From: an uncultured virus (IMG/VR IMGVR_UViG_3300044542_000402)
Taxonomy: Duplodnaviria > Heunggongvirae > Uroviricota > Caudoviricetes > Herelleviridae
Reading direction: 5' to 3' (one strand)
IMG/VR virus record: IMGVR_UViG_3300044542_000402
Length of the DNA: 33,204 nt
Below are positions 1 through 9,567 of the stretch, in pieces (position 1 is the stretch's first letter; every line of letters starts with the position of its first letter). Below the pieces are notes generated by a model that saw nothing but the letters and a program-made list of their open reading frames with translations, was not told the origin of the DNA and ran no database searches. Both the position numbers and the translations under genes were made by a program.

Positions 1-3000
1 CCGGCGCGAGTACGCCAGGAACGCCACCTTCTCACCCCGGTCCAGGGCCGGATCGATGTAGTCGCGGGCCACCGTGGAGGCGATGATGCCCGCCAGCTCC
101 TCGCCGACGAACTTGTACACCTGCGGGGTGAACCGGTGATCCAGCGTCACCTTCTGGGTGAAGGAGGCGGCGGTGGGGACGGCCAGCGAGTTGGCCCGCA
201 GCTGGATGCCGGCGAACCGGTTGGTCTCCAGCCCGCCCAGGGCCACGTTGGCGAAGTCCAGGATCTCCTGGTTGCTCCGGTAGTTCGTCGTGAGCCGGTA
301 GGTCGCGAAGACCCCGGAGGCCTCCAGTGTGTTGAGGGCCCGCGGGTTGGCCGCCCGGAACTCGTAGAGCGTCTGGCTCGCGTCGCCGACCATGAACAGG
401 CTCGTGGAGTGCTTGGCGGCGAACTTGAGAAGATAGACGAACTCGAAGATCGAGGTGTCCTGGACCTCGTCGACGATGAGGTGGTGGCAGGCCGCCCGGG
501 GCGGCTCGGCCATGGAGTCGATCCGCTGGTAGCAGATGATGATCTCCAGCTCCAGCGAGGTCTGGCCGATGCCGTCCAGCAGCGCCATGACATCGTCGAA
601 GTGCGTCTCGACGAAGTTGTTGAGCTCCGTGGTCGCCCCGACCTCCTTGTTCTCCAGATCGAGGAGATGGCGCTTGAGGCGCGCCGCCAGGTCCGAGCCG
701 GGGAAGTAGATGTCCAGGCTGTTGCGGATCGTGGGGATGCTGCTGATCTCGTGGGTCGGATGATTGAGACGGTAGATGTCGTTGATCATCGCGGCGATCG
801 TCATCGAGCCCACGCCGGGATTCTTCTCGCAGATGTGGTCAGCGGCGGCGTTGGTGAAGGACAGCACCGTGATGTCGGACGGGTCGACGCCGCAGGCCGC
901 CATGTGGTCGATGCGCGCCAGGATCACCGAACTGTTGTGCGTGACCAGGAAGTCCTTCGTCACATACAGCGAGTCCTCGGCCTCCACGACGATGCAGCGC
1001 ATCGGCAGCGAATCAATCTTCTCGGCCGACTTCAGCGCCCTGCGCATGGGCCGGACGGATCCAGATACCAGACCGCGATAGCGCGCGGCCCAGAACGGGT
1101 CGTAGTCCGACAACAGGCTGATGATCCAGTAGTCACCACGCTTGTGCCGATTGAGATGCTTGGTGGCCGACAGACCGAGGGACCACAGAAGCTGGAGTAC
1201 GTCGTCGGCGAGCCGGTCGCTCGTCGTGGAGTACTGGGCGTAGGCCCGTCCGGTACGGATCCTGCCGTCACCGTCGAACAGTCCCGCAACAAGACGGCGG
1301 CGCTGATCGACGCTCGCGGTGAGATAGACGGTGGGAATGAACTTCTCCGCGGACAGGACGTCCAGCCCGAGTGCGCGCAGCCGATTACGGAACTCACTGT
1401 GATGCCCACCGATGTCATTGGAATGACGGAAGCCCCAGTGACGAGCCGTTGCCGTACGGCATGTGGTCTCGTACATCGTGAATCCGTCATGAGCCGCGGC
1501 CTCACCGACGGCGTCGCTGACCGACTGCTCGGACTTCGTGTAGCCGGCACTGTTGTGAAGATTGCCGTCAGCGATGAGCGCACCCAGCAGATATGGATCC
1601 AGCGGCAGCTCCTTCTCAGAGAACTGTACCGGTTCCACGACCGGGAGATAGCGCTTGTCCTGAGAGGGTGAGTCGATCCATTCCTGGGTTGTCATCACCC
1701 GGGACTGCTCACCGGTGCGGGACTGGTTGAGCAGCGTCCACAGATGGTCGGCCGCGACTCGTGTCGAGGACCCGTCACGAAATGTGAGACGGTAGCCGTC
1801 AAGCGGGCCCCGATCGAAGATGTTCTGGACACGGGTAGGGCGTCCATCGGAGCCGATGACGAGGTCACCGACCTTCAAGTCGCCCATGGCCACCCATCCG
1901 TCGGGGGTCAGGACGGGTTCGTCAAGGGGCTGCGCCTTACCAGTCCCGGCCCCCGCCTGGGCCAGGGCGAGCGGTTCGCGGGTGGTCACCGCGGCCCGCT
2001 GCTGGGCGCTGAGCCGGGAGGGCACCGTGACGTTCGGGCCGGGGGCCGGGATCGTCGCGAGCCCGGCGCGCCGGCGGTCCAGGTTCGACAGGGCGTGGCT
2101 CATGAGCAGGTTGAGGTTCTGACGGGCGAGCACCGCGGTGACGTCATCGCTGAAGGTCTGCTCCAGGTGGGCGTTGATCGTCCGGTAGGCCTCCAGAGGA
2201 ATGTTGTAGTTCTCCAGGTAGTGCAGCTGATCCTCCAGGGCGGTCATGGCCGTCGATCCGAGGAACCCGGCGGTCCCGTGCCCGGAGACGAGATGGTCGA
2301 TGAGAGCGATCGTCTCGTCGGCGATATCGGTGGAGTCCCAGATCCGGGCGCACGCCGCGATGGCGTCGTGGACGTTGACGTCGTCGAGCCAGTCGCCGAG
2401 AGCGGTCTCGTCGGTCCAGCCCGCCGTGATCCGGCGCTGCGCGGCCCCCGGCACCTTGCCGGTGCTGCGGATGAAGTCCGCGGCGTCGGTGAGCGGATCG
2501 ACGCTCATGAGCACCTCGGCCCAGGCGTCGCGACCCGCCCCGATGCGCACGCGATCCGGCTCGGGGATCCCGCGCCGGACGAAGAACAGCTCCATGCGCC
2601 ACCCGATGACGAACTGACGGGGGCGCTTGCGCGGTCCCCGCGTCGTGTCCTCGAACATGCGGGCCCCCTGAGGGGTCAGCGCGAGGAACACGCGCCAGTC
2701 GGGATCGGCGGCATTCACCTCGAAGCGATGACCGGAGTCGGGCATCGCCAGGCTGGCACCCGTGACAGACAGCCAGCGGCTCGCCAGCGGGGCGAACGGC
2801 ATGGTCGTCGTCGTGATCGATGACTGGGTCACCGACGACCGGGTCTCCAGGAGCGAGTGCGCCACGTCGTCGGCATAGGCCTGGGTCGACACGATGCCGT
2901 CGACCCCCAGATCCGCGGACAGCAGTCCCCGGTGGGTGCGTCCGTCGCCGGTGAGCTTGGAGGAGAAGAACCGGGGGCCCGCGGTCGCCGGAGCGGCCGC

Positions 3001-3036
3001 CACGAAACTGGCCGGATCGTCGAGGATGAGAGGCAT
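1..3036 (-). CDS. UvrD/Rep-family (SF1) DNA helicase with long N-terminal extension and an intein; 3' end lies outside the window
   Basis: Hand translation gives an open frame from ATG 3036 (RBS GAAAGG) to base 1. Motifs: LSAQQRAAV, QAGAGTGK|SS (Walker A split by the intein), LSFTNAAA, LIVDEVQD, VGDASQTLYEFR, LTTNYRS. Absent from the ORF track because there is no in-window stop; the + ORFs 136-1671 and 1744-2823 are its antisense shadows. Confidence 0.95.
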   Translation of the reverse strand, partial: MPLILDDPASFVAAAPATAGPRFFSSKLTGDGRTHRGLLSADLGVDGIVSTQAYADDVAHSLLETRSSVTQSSITTTTMPFAPLASRWLSVTGASLAMPDSGHRFEVNAADPDWRVFLALTPQGARMFEDTTRGPRKRPRQFVIGWRMELFFVRRGIPEPDRVRIGAGRDAWAEVLMSVDPLTDAADFIRSTGKVPGAAQRRITAGWTDETALGDWLDDVNVHDAIAACARIWDSTDIADETIALIDHLVSGHGTAGFLGSTAMTALEDQLHYLENYNIPLEAYRTINAHLEQTFSDDVTAVLARQNLNLLMSHALSNLDRRRAGLATIPAPGPNVTVPSRLSAQQRAAVTTREPLALAQAGAGTGKAQPLDEPVLTPDGWVAMGDLKVGDLVIGSDGRPTRVQNIFDRGPLDGYRLTFRDGSSTRVAADHLWTLLNQSRTGEQSRVMTTQEWIDSPSQDKRYLPVVEPVQFSEKELPLDPYLLGALIADGNLHNSAGYTKSEQSVSDAVGEAAAHDGFTMYETTCRTATARHWGFRHSNDIGGHHSEFRNRLRALGLDVLSAEKFIPTVYLTASVDQRRRLVAGLFDGDGRIRTGRAYAQYSTTSDRLADDVLQLLWSLGLSATKHLNRHKRGDYWIISLLSDYDPFWAARYRGLVSGSVRPMRRALKSAEKIDSLPMRCIVVEAEDSLYVTKDFLVTHNSSVILARIDHMAACGVDPSDITVLSFTNAAADHICEKNPGVGSMTIAAMINDIYRLNHPTHEISSIPTIRNSLDIYFPGSDLAARLKRHLLDLENKEVGATTELNNFVETHFDDVMALLDGIGQTSLELEIIICYQRIDSMAEPPRAACHHLIVDEVQDTSIFEFVYLLKFAAKHSTSLFMVGDASQTLYEFRAANPRALNTLEASGVFATYRLTTNYRSNQEILDFANVALGGLETNRFAGIQLRANSLAVPTAASFTQKVTLDHRFTPQVYKFVGEELAGIIASTVARDYIDPALDRGEKVAFLAYSRR
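934..1935 (-). mobile_element. Class 3 intein (334 aa) with LAGLIDADG homing endonuclease
   Basis: Starts AQPLDEPVLTPDGW (Ala1). Block B TRVAADHLW, block C PYLLGALIADG, block D EKFIP, block E LVAGLFDGDG, block H STTSDRLADDVLQLLWSLG, block F PMRCIVVEAEDSLYV. Ends FLVTHN followed by Ser+1. Confidence 0.95.
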
Positions 3037-3174
3037 GGATGGGACCTTTCGGATACTGATGCCGATACATTGCCGCAACAGGATCGGGATGCCGATTCGG
3101 ATGACAGGTGGATCCTATCGCCACGAACCGGGTGGATGTCATCTTCATGATGATCGATGATGATTCGTAGACGA

Positions 3175-3204
3175 GGCCGAACCGGACGTTGGTCCGGTTC
3201 GGCC
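3175..3204. terminator. 13-bp perfect stem-loop downstream of the 85-aa gene; second hairpin at 3240-3259
   Basis: GGCCGAACCGGAC-gttg-GTCCGGTTCGGCC; GGACCGGT-gtca-ACCGGTCC. No U-tract. Confidence 0.55.
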
Positions 3205-3270
3205 GCGGACCACGGACAGGCCGTGGCCGAACCGCCCCGGGACCGGTGTCAACCGGTCCTCCGGCACCTC

Positions 3271-3528
3271 TCAGGCAGCCCGCCGGAGCCGTGCGTCCCG
3301 GCTGGGCATCCCGGGATCCAGCGGAACCACGTCGGAGACGTCGGCATCGAACGGGGAGGCCGGCACCACCGCGGAATCAGGGTTCTCGTCGGGGGCCAGC
3401 AGTCCCAGCATGAGTCCCAGTCGGGTGAAGTCGGCGATATCGTCGCTCCTCGCGGCGGTGGTCCGGCGGGCGATCCGCGAGAGGGCCTGCCCCTCGTTCT
3501 CCCCGTCATGGACGGCGATGGCTGTCAT
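3271..3528 (-). CDS. Hypothetical protein (85 aa)
   Basis: ATGA overlap with the stop of the Clp-like gene; RBS AAGGAG. Confidence 0.7.
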   Translation of the reverse strand: MTAIAVHDGENEGQALSRIARRTTAARSDDIADFTRLGLMLGLLAPDENPDSAVVPASPFDADVSDVVPLDPGMPSRDARLRRAA

Positions 3529-5441
3529 GAGAACTCCTTCTGCAGTGACGGATCGGCACCGGTGATCGCCGGTGCGGTGCGGCGGGGTGCGAGCACCCGG
3601 TCCTCGATCCAGGCGCGCACCGCCCGGATCGCGGGGCGGGCCCCCTGATCGGCGATGAACGTGGAGGTGGTGAGAGCCTCGATGTCATCGGCACCGATCC
3701 GGTCCGGCAGTACCTGGGCCAGAGACGGGCGCTCGGCGATGATCCGGGACCGCTCCTCGGTGTAATGGGCGGCCAGGACGTCGCGGTAGATGTCACGGGT
3801 GATCGGGTGGAACCCGACGCTCGCCGAGAAGCGCCCCAGCAGCTCCGGATCGAACACGCGGCTCAGCTGCTGGGCCAGGCTCGCGGTCGAGACCGTGCCG
3901 CCGGATCCTCCGGTGCCACCGAAGCCCACCGGGACCCCCGACAGGGACTCGCGGGCGGCGTTCGTCGTGGCGATGATCAGCGCACGGGAGAAGTCGATGA
4001 CCGTTCCCCGGTTCGTCGACATCGTCCCGGAGTCCAGGGCCTGCAGGAACAGGCGCTGGACCGGCCGGGCGGCCTTCTCGAACTCGTCGAGCAGGACGAC
4101 CCGGTACGGATCGGAGGCCAGGGCGTCCAGCGGCAGCTCGGTGTTCGACTCCGAGCCGATGTAGCCGGGCGGTGAGCCGATGAGGCGGTTCACCGTGTCG
4201 TCGTGGGCGTACTCGCTCATGTTGAGGATGATCGGGTCGGACCCGGTGATCCGGCGGGCGATGATCCGGGCGGCGGCGGTCTTGCCGACCCCCGAGGCCC
4301 CGGCGAACATCCAGGCGATCGGGGTCGTGCGCGGGAACAGCGCCAGACGCTCGCGCTCCAGCCGGTCGACAAGGGGATCCAGGACGTCGTCCTGGCCCAC
4401 CAGGTGACCGGTGAGATCGTCATGGAGCGCCGCCGCGTCCAGGACGGGGGCACTCGCTCCACCACTCGTCATGCTGATCGCGGTGGTGTGCAGGCTCGTC
4501 GACGTGAGGGGCACCGCGCCGACCCGCGACAGTGCCGCGGCGGTGGCCTTGTCGCCGCGGGCGTTCGCCTCGTTGATGAGACGGCGGTGCTCCAGGAGAC
4601 GGAAGGCCATGGCCCGGTCCAGCAGGGTGAGCGCCGAGTCGGGGCGGTGGAGGTTCCCCGCCAGCTCCCGGTCGGCGACGCGCACGGTCTCGGCCAGCAT
4701 GTCGTCGGCCACGCTCACCTCGCCGCGATAGTGGCGTCCCAGCGACCCGAGCGTCGACCTCAGCACCTCCAGGGTCTGATCGACGGACAGCTCGTCGACG
4801 ACCAGGCGGGAGAAGCGGCGCTTGAACGCCGGATCGGCGTCCAGGCCGCGGGCCTCCTGGGCGGTCGTGGCCCCGATGACATGGAGATCGCCGCGGGCCA
4901 GGGCCGGCTTGAGGATCTGGGAGACGCGCCCGTAGGGGCCCTGCTCGCCGCCGGAGACCAGCTGATGGATCTCGTCGATGAACAGGATCGCGTGATTGCC
5001 GGGATCGGAGGCGAACTCGATGATCGCCTTCGTCTTCTCCTCGATCTGGCCCACGATGCCCGATCCGGCGACGATGTTGGAGGCCGGCAGCTCGTAGACC
5101 GTGGATCCGGCCAGCGCCGGGGGCACCAGGGGATCATGGGTCGCGATCCGCCGGGCGATGTCCTCGACGATCCTCGTCTTGCCGACCCCGGCGGGGCCCA
5201 CCAGCAGGGCGTTCGGCTTGGACGCGCCGATGAGCACGGCCATCGTCGCCTCGATGACGTCGTCGCGGAACCGGGCCGGGTCGGCGGTGGCGAACCGGGC
5301 GTTGTAGTCGATGAGCAGATCCAGCGCCGGGTCGGGGCCCTGGGCCGCGGGTACGGACGGCGTGCCCGGTGCGACGATACCGGCGGGCGGGCCCGACGGC
5401 GGCTGCGGCATGGACGGGTTCGTGAGATCGGTGAGACCCAT
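3525..5441 (-). CDS. ClpA/ClpC-family double AAA+ ATPase lacking the Clp N-terminal domain
   Basis: D1: GPAGVGKT, ILFIDEIH, LKPALARG, GATT, DPAFKRRF. D2: GASGVGKT, NMSEY, RLIGSPPGYIG, LLDEFEKA, ELLGRF. VGF loop follows ATTNA. Confidence 0.92.
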   Translation of the reverse strand: MGLTDLTNPSMPQPPSGPPAGIVAPGTPSVPAAQGPDPALDLLIDYNARFATADPARFRDDVIEATMAVLIGASKPNALLVGPAGVGKTRIVEDIARRIATHDPLVPPALAGSTVYELPASNIVAGSGIVGQIEEKTKAIIEFASDPGNHAILFIDEIHQLVSGGEQGPYGRVSQILKPALARGDLHVIGATTAQEARGLDADPAFKRRFSRLVVDELSVDQTLEVLRSTLGSLGRHYRGEVSVADDMLAETVRVADRELAGNLHRPDSALTLLDRAMAFRLLEHRRLINEANARGDKATAAALSRVGAVPLTSTSLHTTAISMTSGGASAPVLDAAALHDDLTGHLVGQDDVLDPLVDRLERERLALFPRTTPIAWMFAGASGVGKTAAARIIARRITGSDPIILNMSEYAHDDTVNRLIGSPPGYIGSESNTELPLDALASDPYRVVLLDEFEKAARPVQRLFLQALDSGTMSTNRGTVIDFSRALIIATTNAARESLSGVPVGFGGTGGSGGTVSTASLAQQLSRVFDPELLGRFSASVGFHPITRDIYRDVLAAHYTEERSRIIAERPSLAQVLPDRIGADDIEALTTSTFIADQGARPAIRAVRAWIEDRVLAPRRTAPAITGADPSLQKEFS

Positions 5442-5484
5442 GGGATCGCTCCTGATGATGGTGGTCGGTGGATGCGGGCGGGGT

Positions 5485-7155
5485 TCAGGCGATGACGCCG
5501 ATGAGCCTCTGGTGGATGGCCGGTTCGATGTGGCCCATCGCGGCGGTGAAGTCGCGGGCGTCGGCGACCAGCCGGTCCCAGTTCACGGCCCCGCACGGGG
5601 CGTAGAACAGGTGCTTCGGATGATCGAGGCGCTCGGGCGGTGGGTACCACTCGAAGTCGGTGATGATCAATGACAGCCGCCGGGCCCGGACCGGGGAGGC
5701 GTTGATGAAGTCCCAGATCTGCCGGTAGTCCGTGCCGCCGCTGACCTTCGGGATGCGACGGAAGTCCTCCCAGATCCTTCGGGTACTGCGGCCCGCCACC
5801 TTGAGCATCGTCGGGGCGGAGAGCACATGGCTGAACGAGGAGACGTAGAGATTGACCCCGAGCTTCTTCGCCACGCCGATGAGCAGCTGGACGGCCTCCT
5901 GGTAGTTCTCCTCCGAGATGGATCCCGACGTGTCGAGGAACAGGTGGATGTCGGGCAGGTAGGACTGCAAGGTGGTCCGGCCCGGATAGTTCGGATCGTC
6001 GGGATGCCGCCGGTTGGCCCGGGCGAACGACGTCCGCACGGTGCGTACGACGTTCTGGGACCGGTTGACCCGCCCCATGCGCCCCAGCGCCCGCATGATC
6101 CCCTCGTAGAGATTCACCGGACTGGGGGCGGACTTGCGGAAGGCCACCGCCGCCGAGCGCCCGACGCGCCTGTCGTTGGACCGGCTGGCCGTGGAGACGG
6201 CCTTGCTGGCCGCCCGGGGCAGAGCGGTGAGCTTCGAGATGCCGGCGCGCGACAGGATCTTCACCGGGTTCGACAGCGCACGGTTGATGAGGTCCCACTC
6301 GGCGTCGACGGCGTGCGGGTCGGCGTGGGCGTGGGCCTCGACGTTGACCAGGACCATCGTGCGGGGACGGAACAGCTCGCCGGCGTGGAAGGCCAGGATT
6401 CCGGCCTCCTCGGGGTGCCCGGCCCCGCGGCGGTCGGACACCCACGTCATGAGCGCCCAGGTGAGCAGACGGGGGAACGAGTACTCCTCGTTGCCGTCGT
6501 CGTCACCGACCCGCAGGCGCAGCGACTCGGTGAGCCCGGACAGGTGCAGTCCGGACAGCTGGGTGATCCGGGCGGCCACCGACGGATCGCCGACCGCCAC
6601 CGCACTGACGGCCGGGTTGTTGACCATCCAGTCGGTGAAGTCGTCGAAGGCGGCCGCGTCGCGGAACCTGAATCCCAGGGTGTTCGGGTGGTAGGCGAAG
6701 TCGAGGGAGGCCAGCAGGCCGCCCCCGTCGTCGACGCCGGCCAGCAGGTTCTTGGCCGCCGGGATGACGTCGTCGCGGGCCGTGTAGAGCACTCTGGGCC
6801 CGGGGGCGGGCCACGTACGGGCCACCGCCTCCTGTGCGGCGAACAGCTCGGAGACCGGCAGGGCGGTCGACCCGTCGTGGTGGAGCATCGTGGACCCCAG
6901 CACGCCGGCCATTCTCGCCTCGGCGGCGGGCTCGGCGGTCTCACCCAGGCAGGCGATGAGCATGCCGGTCAGATCGCCGGAGACATCGGTGCCGTCCTCC
7001 TCGATGACCGCCGGGACGCCGGGGATCAGCGGGGTGCGCAGCGGTTCGGAGATCGTGGCCTCGACCAGCGCGGCCGGATCGAGATCCCCTGTGATCCTGG
7101 GATGATGCAGCGGGTCCAGGACGACCGGCCTCTGGCCGGTGACGGTGATGGCCAT
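5485..7155 (-). CDS. VWA-domain protein (C-terminal VWA with intact MIDAS)
   Basis: LFLDTSGSIS (DxSxS), SGGTDY, LIITDFEW; RBS AAAGGAG; adjacent to a MoxR-like ATPase. Confidence 0.85.
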   Translation of the reverse strand: MAITVTGQRPVVLDPLHHPRITGDLDPAALVEATISEPLRTPLIPGVPAVIEEDGTDVSGDLTGMLIACLGETAEPAAEARMAGVLGSTMLHHDGSTALPVSELFAAQEAVARTWPAPGPRVLYTARDDVIPAAKNLLAGVDDGGGLLASLDFAYHPNTLGFRFRDAAAFDDFTDWMVNNPAVSAVAVGDPSVAARITQLSGLHLSGLTESLRLRVGDDDGNEEYSFPRLLTWALMTWVSDRRGAGHPEEAGILAFHAGELFRPRTMVLVNVEAHAHADPHAVDAEWDLINRALSNPVKILSRAGISKLTALPRAASKAVSTASRSNDRRVGRSAAVAFRKSAPSPVNLYEGIMRALGRMGRVNRSQNVVRTVRTSFARANRRHPDDPNYPGRTTLQSYLPDIHLFLDTSGSISEENYQEAVQLLIGVAKKLGVNLYVSSFSHVLSAPTMLKVAGRSTRRIWEDFRRIPKVSGGTDYRQIWDFINASPVRARRLSLIITDFEWYPPPERLDHPKHLFYAPCGAVNWDRLVADARDFTAAMGHIEPAIHQRLIGVIA

Positions 7156-7191
7156 CGCAGTGCTCCTTTCGTGTGCTCGGGGACGGGCGGA

Positions 7192-8430
7192 TCAGATGAA
7201 CATGGACAGGATCTGGTTGAGGTGATCCGCCACCGGGGTCCCGGAGTCCATGACCGCACGGGTGTTGGCCTGGTCGAGGATGCGGGCCCGGCCCATGTCG
7301 ACGATCGTGTTGAGGTGGTCGGAGGTGATGTCGGCCGGCTCGACGGCCGGGGTCAGGGCCTCGATGAGCCGGGCGGCGTCGGTGTGGGTCGACAGCGTGT
7401 AGATGAGGCTGGAGGCGCGCTCGGAGCCGGTCAGGCCGCCGATGACGGTCTCCAGGTCGGTCATCGACGTGGCCTGCTCCAGCTGGTCGTAGCAGGCCGG
7501 GCGGGGCACGGTCACCGAGGCGGTCGAGCCCTGGGGGTTGGCGGTGAGATCGGTGGCGATCTCGGCGACGAGCAGCTCGGCGAACCGCGTGTTGCCGATG
7601 TGGGCCTCGATGATCTCCGACAGGACGTTGGAGCGCCGCGATCCCAGTGTCGTCTCGTCGGCCAGGTACTGGGCCACCTCAGACCGCGAGGCGCGATTGA
7701 GCCACTTCGACAGGCCCTCCAGGGTCCTGGGGGCGGTGAACTGGGCCATCTCGTCACCGGCGTCCCACAGGTCCGCGGCGGTGGCGGTCTCGGGGTCGTC
7801 GTCCCCGTCGACGGCCAGGGAGGCCGGGACCGGACGGCAGAAGATGAGGTCGGGGTGGGCCGACAGGACGGTCCTGATCCACGGGTTGAGGCGGTCGCCC
7901 ATGATCGTGATGAAGGTGGCGGCGTCGGGCTCGACATGGTAGATGGAGAACCGGGAGATCGAGGCGTCGTCCAGGGTCGTGACGTTGCCCTTGTCGTTAC
8001 CGGCCACGATGATGCGCAGGTTGTCCGGCAGGTCGACCCGGCCCAGGCGGCGCAGGGTGACCAGGGTGAGCACCGCGCTCGTGATGTCCGAGCCGGCCCG
8101 GTTGATCTCGTCGAGGAACAGGATCACCGTCTGGCGCGGGTGAGCCGTGGCGAAGTCGACGGCCTCGGTGACGACCTGGTGGGGGAAGAAGTCCTGACGG
8201 TAGGACTCGGTGCCGTCGTCGCGGGTGTACTTCACCAGGCGCGCACCGGTGAGGTCCTCCTTGGCCGCGAGCTGGTTGCACGGGAGCACGAAGGCCCTCG
8301 TGTCCATGGCATGGGCCAGGCCCTCGACGAAGGAGGACTTGCCGATGGCGGGCTCGCCCATGAGCGCAGGGGTGATGCTCTGGTCGAGGTCGGAGCGGAC
8401 GATGCTGGTGAGGGTGTCGCCGAAGTGCAT
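7192..8430 (-). CDS. MoxR/dynein-related (AAA_5-like) AAA+ ATPase
   Basis: GEPAIGKSS, EDLTG, ILFLDEINRA, IIVAGN, LDDASISRF. Start moved to ATG 8430 behind GAAAGG (track start 8445). Confidence 0.88.
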   Translation of the reverse strand: MHFGDTLTSIVRSDLDQSITPALMGEPAIGKSSFVEGLAHAMDTRAFVLPCNQLAAKEDLTGARLVKYTRDDGTESYRQDFFPHQVVTEAVDFATAHPRQTVILFLDEINRAGSDITSAVLTLVTLRRLGRVDLPDNLRIIVAGNDKGNVTTLDDASISRFSIYHVEPDAATFITIMGDRLNPWIRTVLSAHPDLIFCRPVPASLAVDGDDDPETATAADLWDAGDEMAQFTAPRTLEGLSKWLNRASRSEVAQYLADETTLGSRRSNVLSEIIEAHIGNTRFAELLVAEIATDLTANPQGSTASVTVPRPACYDQLEQATSMTDLETVIGGLTGSERASSLIYTLSTHTDAARLIEALTPAVEPADITSDHLNTIVDMGRARILDQANTRAVMDSGTPVADHLNQILSMFI

Positions 8431-8496
8431 GGCGGTGCCTTTCATAAGGTGATGCAGTGGGGTGAGAGGTGACGCGGAACGTGGGGGTGGGGGCGG

Positions 8497-9495
8497 TCAG
8501 TCCCGGGGTGGATCGTCGGCGCGGGCCAGCCGGTCGGCCACGATGGCGGCGGCCCGTTCCAGCAGGTACGGGCGGTTGTTGCGCAGTTCGTCGTGCTTGG
8601 GCCGGTGTTCCAGCACCTCGGCGGCGCACCGGTAGAGCAGCCAGGCCCGCTCGGAGCCCGAGTAGGTGGTTCCCAGTGCCGACAGCTCGCGCAGCCGTCC
8701 GTCCAGGCTCGTGTAGAGGATTCCCAGCACGCTGAACTCGTAGCGGCTCATGTCATAGCTGAAATCATCGGGACCGCGGGACGCCAGACGTCGGGCGGCG
8801 TCGTCGACCGTCCACTCGACGATGATGTCGGCACCCGGTATCCCGGGGTCCTCATCGATGTCCACATCGGAGGCCGAACCGGCCTGCTCGTGGGCCGTGG
8901 CGGCCAGATCGGCGAAGATGTCCTCCAGGGTGAGGGTGGGGGTGCCGGGGATCTGAGGGGCCGAGGCCGGGATCGGCCGGCGGGTGAAGGTCACCCAGTG
9001 CGTGAACAGCAGCTCGAACCATCCGTGCGTCTCGCGCAGCACCGCCTTGCGGGCGGCGACCGGATGGTCGGCGAGATTGGCCGGACGGGGCATCACCAGG
9101 TGGTAGCCGCGTCCCGACATCGAGAGCTCGGCGTAGAGGACGCCCGGCATCGCCCGTAGATCGGCGGCCAGCGAGGACGGGCAGCCCGGTTCGATGTCGA
9201 CGACCAGGCACCCGTCGATCGGAGAGTTGAGGTAGAAGGCCGCGTTCGCGGCGTCGGGCAGCGTCTCGATGAGTTCGTCGAGGGTGATCAGGCACTGTTC
9301 GTCGGTGGACCACGCCCCGCGCAGCCGGCCCTCGTCCATCAGGGCTCGCATGTCGATCGGTGCCTTGGCCGTGGTTCCCGGATCGTCATCGAGGCGTCCC
9401 GAGACCGTCCAGCGGGACAGGGGTGCCAGGGCGTCGATGACATCGTTCGCCCGGAACTGCGTCCAGCTCAACAGATCAACGGGTGCCGATACCAT
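8497..9495 (-). CDS. Standalone primase-polymerase-like protein (AEP superfamily, NrS-1-type)
   Basis: KAPID...AFYL...LVVDIE...YAELSMSGRGYHLV matches the KxP / hhDxD(E) / ExSxSGxGhH pattern. Start ATG 9495 behind GGAAGG; the track start 9540 sits inside a hairpin (9533-9553). Confidence 0.7.
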   Translation of the reverse strand: MVSAPVDLLSWTQFRANDVIDALAPLSRWTVSGRLDDDPGTTAKAPIDMRALMDEGRLRGAWSTDEQCLITLDELIETLPDAANAAFYLNSPIDGCLVVDIEPGCPSSLAADLRAMPGVLYAELSMSGRGYHLVMPRPANLADHPVAARKAVLRETHGWFELLFTHWVTFTRRPIPASAPQIPGTPTLTLEDIFADLAATAHEQAGSASDVDIDEDPGIPGADIIVEWTVDDAARRLASRGPDDFSYDMSRYEFSVLGILYTSLDGRLRELSALGTTYSGSERAWLLYRCAAEVLEHRPKHDELRNNRPYLLERAAAIVADRLARADDPPRD

Positions 9496-9567
9496 GACGG
9501 GCCTTCCAACAGGTGGGAACGGGGAACGGGGACCCGGCATCGACGATGCCGGGCCCAGGGGAATGGA

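Noticed and set aside
136..2823. Long plus-strand ORFs 136-1671 and 1744-2823
   Set aside because: Codon-aligned antisense shadows of the minus-strand helicase/intein gene.
5827..8472. 881-aa plus-strand ORF; likewise 4203-5495, 11383-12804, 25627-27528 and 30364-31488
   Set aside because: Antisense shadows of motif-bearing genes, expected in high-GC DNA.
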